This document shows, one piece after another, positions 8,547 to 11,672 of a stretch of DNA of 11,672 nt (the first letter of the stretch is position 1; the number at the start of each line of letters is the position of its first letter). The position numbers were made by a program, and so were the translations under genes. Under the pieces are notes generated by a model. The model was not told the origin of the DNA and did not search any database. It saw nothing but the letters and a program-made list of their open reading frames with translations. Source of the stretch: an uncultured Thermoplasmata archaeon (lineage in GTDB: Archaea; Thermoplasmatota; Thermoplasmata; Halarchaeoplasmatales; Halarchaeoplasmataceae); the NCBI GenBank assembly GCA_964399335.1, contig CAYNQI010000030.1:1-11672 (forward strand), read 5' to 3'.

Positions 8547-8818
8547 CTGTAGTTATCTGTAGGTGTGAGGACCTCACCGAAGAGGATATAGTCGAAGCCA
8601 TCGAGAAAGGATACGATGAATTAGAAACTTTGAAAAGACACCTGAGAATGGGCATGGGTCCGTGCCAGGGTAAGAGTTGTATCCCATTAGCTGAAAGGAT
8701 ATTGTGTCGAGAAACTGGGAAGAGTCCCGATGATATCAGAGAACCTACTTCTAGACCACCTAACAAACCAGTTCCTTTTGCATTACTAGCTTCCGAGGAG
8801 GTCGATGACCATGAGTGA
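8543..8818 (+). CDS. pdhX: BFD-like 2Fe-2S small subunit (delta/PdhX-like), 91 aa (start re-assigned to ATG 8543)
   Basis: VICRCEDLT...GMGPCQGKSC motif. ATGA overlap with the ferredoxin stop, and RBS GGAGGTGA at 8531-8538. Confidence 0.8.
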   Translation: MTVVICRCEDLTEEDIVEAIEKGYDELETLKRHLRMGMGPCQGKSCIPLAERILCRETGKSPDDIREPTSRPPNKPVPFALLASEEVDDHE

Positions 8819-9956
8819 AGAGGCTGGGGTTGTGATCATAGGAGCTGGAGTTAACGGTCTTGGAACCGCTTACCATCTTGGAAAGATGGGGTACGACGAC
8901 GTTGTGGTTCTTGACAAATCTTACATATGTTCCGGAGCAAGCGGTAGGAACGGAGGAGGTATCCGTCAGCAGTGGACCTCCGAGGAAAACATCAAATTAG
9001 CTTTAGAAAGTCGAAAGATGTTCGAAAAGTTGAATGAAGAGTTGGAAGAGGATCTAGAGTTTTATCAGGGCGGTTACCTGGTTTTAGCTTTCGATGAAGA
9101 CGAGTCTAAAGAATTTAAAAAGAACGTGAAACTTCAGAACAGCTTGGGTGTTGAGAGCCAACATTTAACTCCCGAAGAGGCTAAAGAGATAGTCCCTGAA
9201 CTAAACATCTCGGACGTTGTTGCCGCTACTTTCAACCAAACCGATGGTACGATCTATCCTTTCAAGGTTGTCAATGGTTATGCCAACCGTGTTAGAGAGA
9301 TGGGTATCGATATAAGGGATCACACCGAAGTATTGGATATCGTCACCGACGGCGATGAGATAAAGAAGGTCAAAACCGAGGACGGAGATATCAAAACCGA
9401 TACTGTGGTTAACGCCGCCGGTGGTTGGTCATCCAAAGTCGCGGAGATGGCTGGTGCCGAAATTCCCAACAAGCCAGTAAGGCACGAGATAATGGTGACT
9501 GAACCTTACAAGCGTTTTTTGGAACCTATGGTTATTTCATTCAAACACGGTATCTATTTCAGTCAGAGTGAACACGGGAACGTAGTAGGTGGTATGGGCA
9601 ATCCCGGCGAGGAAGTCGGTATAAATCAGACTGGAAGTCTATGGTTCATGAAGAACTTCTCGAAAACACTCATAGATTTCATCCCAAGATTCAGCGGTGT
9701 TAACATGATAAGACAGTGGGCCGGGCTTTATGATACCACACCAGATGCACAACCGATCTTGGGGACTGTTCCTGAAGTTGAGAGATTCTACCAGATCAAC
9801 GGATTCAGCGGTCACGGCTTCATGGTTTCACCGGTAGTTGACAAAGTTACAGCAGAATTGATACTTGGTAAAGAGCCTTCTATGGACATCGATAGGTTGA
9901 GTGTCACTAGATTCGAGGCCGAGGACTTCGAGGCTGAAGGAGCGGTAGTAGGGTGA
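8811..9956 (+). CDS. pdhB: FAD-dependent amino-acid dehydrogenase catalytic subunit (DAO family; proline dehydrogenase/sarcosine oxidase beta-like), 381 aa
   Basis: IIGAGVNG Rossmann motif, SGASGRNGGG, WAGLYDTTPD and GFSGHGF. RBS GAGGAGGT (8795-8802) spacing favours ATG 8811 over 8805. Substrate is not provable from sequence alone. Confidence 0.82.
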   Translation: MSEEAGVVIIGAGVNGLGTAYHLGKMGYDDVVVLDKSYICSGASGRNGGGIRQQWTSEENIKLALESRKMFEKLNEELEEDLEFYQGGYLVLAFDEDESKEFKKNVKLQNSLGVESQHLTPEEAKEIVPELNISDVVAATFNQTDGTIYPFKVVNGYANRVREMGIDIRDHTEVLDIVTDGDEIKKVKTEDGDIKTDTVVNAAGGWSSKVAEMAGAEIPNKPVRHEIMVTEPYKRFLEPMVISFKHGIYFSQSEHGNVVGGMGNPGEEVGINQTGSLWFMKNFSKTLIDFIPRFSGVNMIRQWAGLYDTTPDAQPILGTVPEVERFYQINGFSGHGFMVSPVVDKVTAELILGKEPSMDIDRLSVTRFEAEDFEAEGAVVG

Positions 9957-10111
9957 CCTACTCCCACACGGAAGAACCGTATAGAGGATGCCTGAGAGAT
10001 CTGCTCTGAATCAATCGGAGGTATGGAACTTCTCGATATATACCGCAAGAAAATTGTTTCCGGTTGTAACCGTAAAGTTAATTAATATAGTTTACTATTG
10101 TGATAGATGAG

Positions 10112-11509
10112 ATGTCGATAATGCTCACCGACGAAGAGTTACTGCAGGTCTTGGTCAAGATGAATCCCTGGTGGCAGACCAACCAGGTCCCGAACCATCT
10201 TAAGAAGGATAAAAATAGAAAGATTCTTAGTGAACTCCAATCATTTATTGACGAAGATAGGATCACTTCACTTATAGGGCTCAGACGGGTGGGAAAGACA
10301 ACACTGTTGTATCAGTTGATAGATCACCTTCTCGATGATGAGAGCAAAGAAAACGTTCTCTATGCGAGTCTAGACGATGTAACTCTCATCGATTTAAAAA
10401 AACCCGTCAAAAGGATCTTCGAAGTCTACAAAAATAAAGTCAAAAAAGACGAAGGCATGACCTATCTTTTTTTGGATGAGATAGAATTCGACGAGACGTG
10501 GGAATTGGAATTGAAAAATATTTGGGATAGAGAGAACGTAAAGATCTTTATCAGCGGTTCATCTTCACTCAAGATCAAGAGATCTAAAGAAAGTCTAGTA
10601 GGCAGGATTCATACTATTCGACTCCCCCCACTTTCCTTCTACGATTTCATGAGTTTCGACGGTGTAGAGTTGGATATGGGTGATCATAGAAAAGAGTTTC
10701 AAAAAAGATTGCTAAGGGGTAGCGAGGAAGCATATGATGCCGTTGAAAACTGCACATACGAACTGAATCTTTTGAAGGAAGATGCCCGATCTGATCTCAA
10801 TAGGTATCTGATAAGAGGCGGTTTCCCCGAAACTTTCAGCGTTGATAAGATAGATATTTGGCAGAGATTTCTTAAAGAAGACGTGGTTGATAGAGTACTT
10901 TTTAGAGATATACCCGAAATTTACGATGTCCGAAATAGAAAGCTATTGGTCTCTTTGATTCAATTTGTAGCGGCTGAAAGTTCGAGTTTATTCAGTTATA
11001 ATTCCCTTTCACAGGACCTAGGTGCTAGAAATGAGACCATATCCAATTATATGACCTACCTTGAAAATTCTTTTCTGATACATATACATCAAAATTATAC
11101 CTCATCATATCAGAAAAGGATAAGATCTAGAAAAAAGATATACATGGCCGATACAGGGTTAAGGAATGCCCTGCTGAACAAAGATGACGAAATCATGAGT
11201 GATGCTAGAGAGATGGGTGTAGGGATGGAGAACTTGATCGCGATAGCTTTAGAGTCCATGGCTGATAGATACGATGCTGATCTTTTCTACTGGCGAGACA
11301 AATATGAAGTAGATTTCGTTCTTGAGAAAGAAAAACCAGTCCCCATCGAGGTGAAATATAAAGAAAAGCTCCGCACTTCCGATCTTAAAGGTCTCAAAAA
11401 ATTCCAAGAAGAACATGGTGAAGGCGGGATAGTGATCACCAAAGATAGGATGGATTATAATGATGATACAGCATTTATACCAGTATGGGCTTTTCTGACA
11501 CTTGTTTGA
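10112..11509 (+). CDS. AAA+ ATPase (AAA_14-like) with C-terminal DUF4143 domain, ~465 aa
   Basis: N-terminal NPWW, Walker A GLRRVGKT, Walker B YLFLDEIE, SGSS, GGFP, KIYMADTGL, and C-terminal YWRD..EVDFV....PVPIEVK (PD-(D/E)xK-like). Start uncertain (GTG 10100, ATG 10112 or ATG 10121); TTAATATA at 10082-10089 fits a leaderless start near 10112. Confidence 0.88.
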   Translation: MSIMLTDEELLQVLVKMNPWWQTNQVPNHLKKDKNRKILSELQSFIDEDRITSLIGLRRVGKTTLLYQLIDHLLDDESKENVLYASLDDVTLIDLKKPVKRIFEVYKNKVKKDEGMTYLFLDEIEFDETWELELKNIWDRENVKIFISGSSSLKIKRSKESLVGRIHTIRLPPLSFYDFMSFDGVELDMGDHRKEFQKRLLRGSEEAYDAVENCTYELNLLKEDARSDLNRYLIRGGFPETFSVDKIDIWQRFLKEDVVDRVLFRDIPEIYDVRNRKLLVSLIQFVAAESSSLFSYNSLSQDLGARNETISNYMTYLENSFLIHIHQNYTSSYQKRIRSRKKIYMADTGLRNALLNKDDEIMSDAREMGVGMENLIAIALESMADRYDADLFYWRDKYEVDFVLEKEKPVPIEVKYKEKLRTSDLKGLKKFQEEHGEGGIVITKDRMDYNDDTAFIPVWAFLTLV

Positions 11510-11672
11510 TCTTCGATTGTATATCTTCTCGATTATTTTCCTCTTCGTCACGGATTTGGCTCATCCTCTCTAGCGATTCAAAAAGGTATAGAGATTCCTA
11601 CCCAGTCTACCAAAGTGACGATGAAGGCAAGGTAGATTTAACCTCTTGATAAGAAACCTATTAAATAGGATG

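Noticed and set aside
7646-8766. Overlapping ORFs within the dehydrogenase operon (7646-7834, 7763-8017, 8404-8766)
   Set aside because: Shadow frames of well-supported genes.
9947-9962. Hairpin over the TGA stop of the beta subunit (AGTAGG-GTGA-CCTACT) as a recoding signal
   Set aside because: The protein ends at the family-typical C-terminus (EGAVVG), with no SECIS-like features; at most a terminator or stability hairpin.
10023-10085. 20-codon ORF MELLDIYRKK... after GGAGGT
   Set aside because: The RBS abuts the ATG with zero spacing, and the ORF overlaps the ATPase promoter.
9812-11551. Minus-strand ORFs 9812-10048, 10078-10266 and 11249-11551
   Set aside because: Antisense to supported genes, with no motifs.

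Overview
Archaeal chromosomal window. Evidence: TATA/BRE promoters, GGTGA/GGAGGT ribosome-binding sites and an archaeal-type tRNA without encoded CCA. Gyrase plus acidic proteins suggest a salt-adapted Thermoplasmatota-like host (inference). Left to right: (1) the 3' half of an lrgB gene, apparently interrupted at its conserved PKSVTTP motif by a ~200-bp non-autonomous IS200/IS605-type element; (2) an RHH-like antitoxin/RelE toxin pair; (3) a ~59-60-bp-period array of hairpin-forming repeats attached to the 3' end of tRNA-Arg(UCU); (4) gyrB-gyrA on the minus strand; (5) a small Zn-ribbon membrane protein; (6) a four-gene dye-linked proline/amino-acid dehydrogenase operon (alpha-ferredoxin-delta-beta, pdhAFXB-like); (7) an AAA_14/DUF4143 ATPase. 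The least explained elements are non-coding: the tRNA-trailer repeat array and the mini IS200/IS605 element with an internal promoter and structured RNA-like segment.
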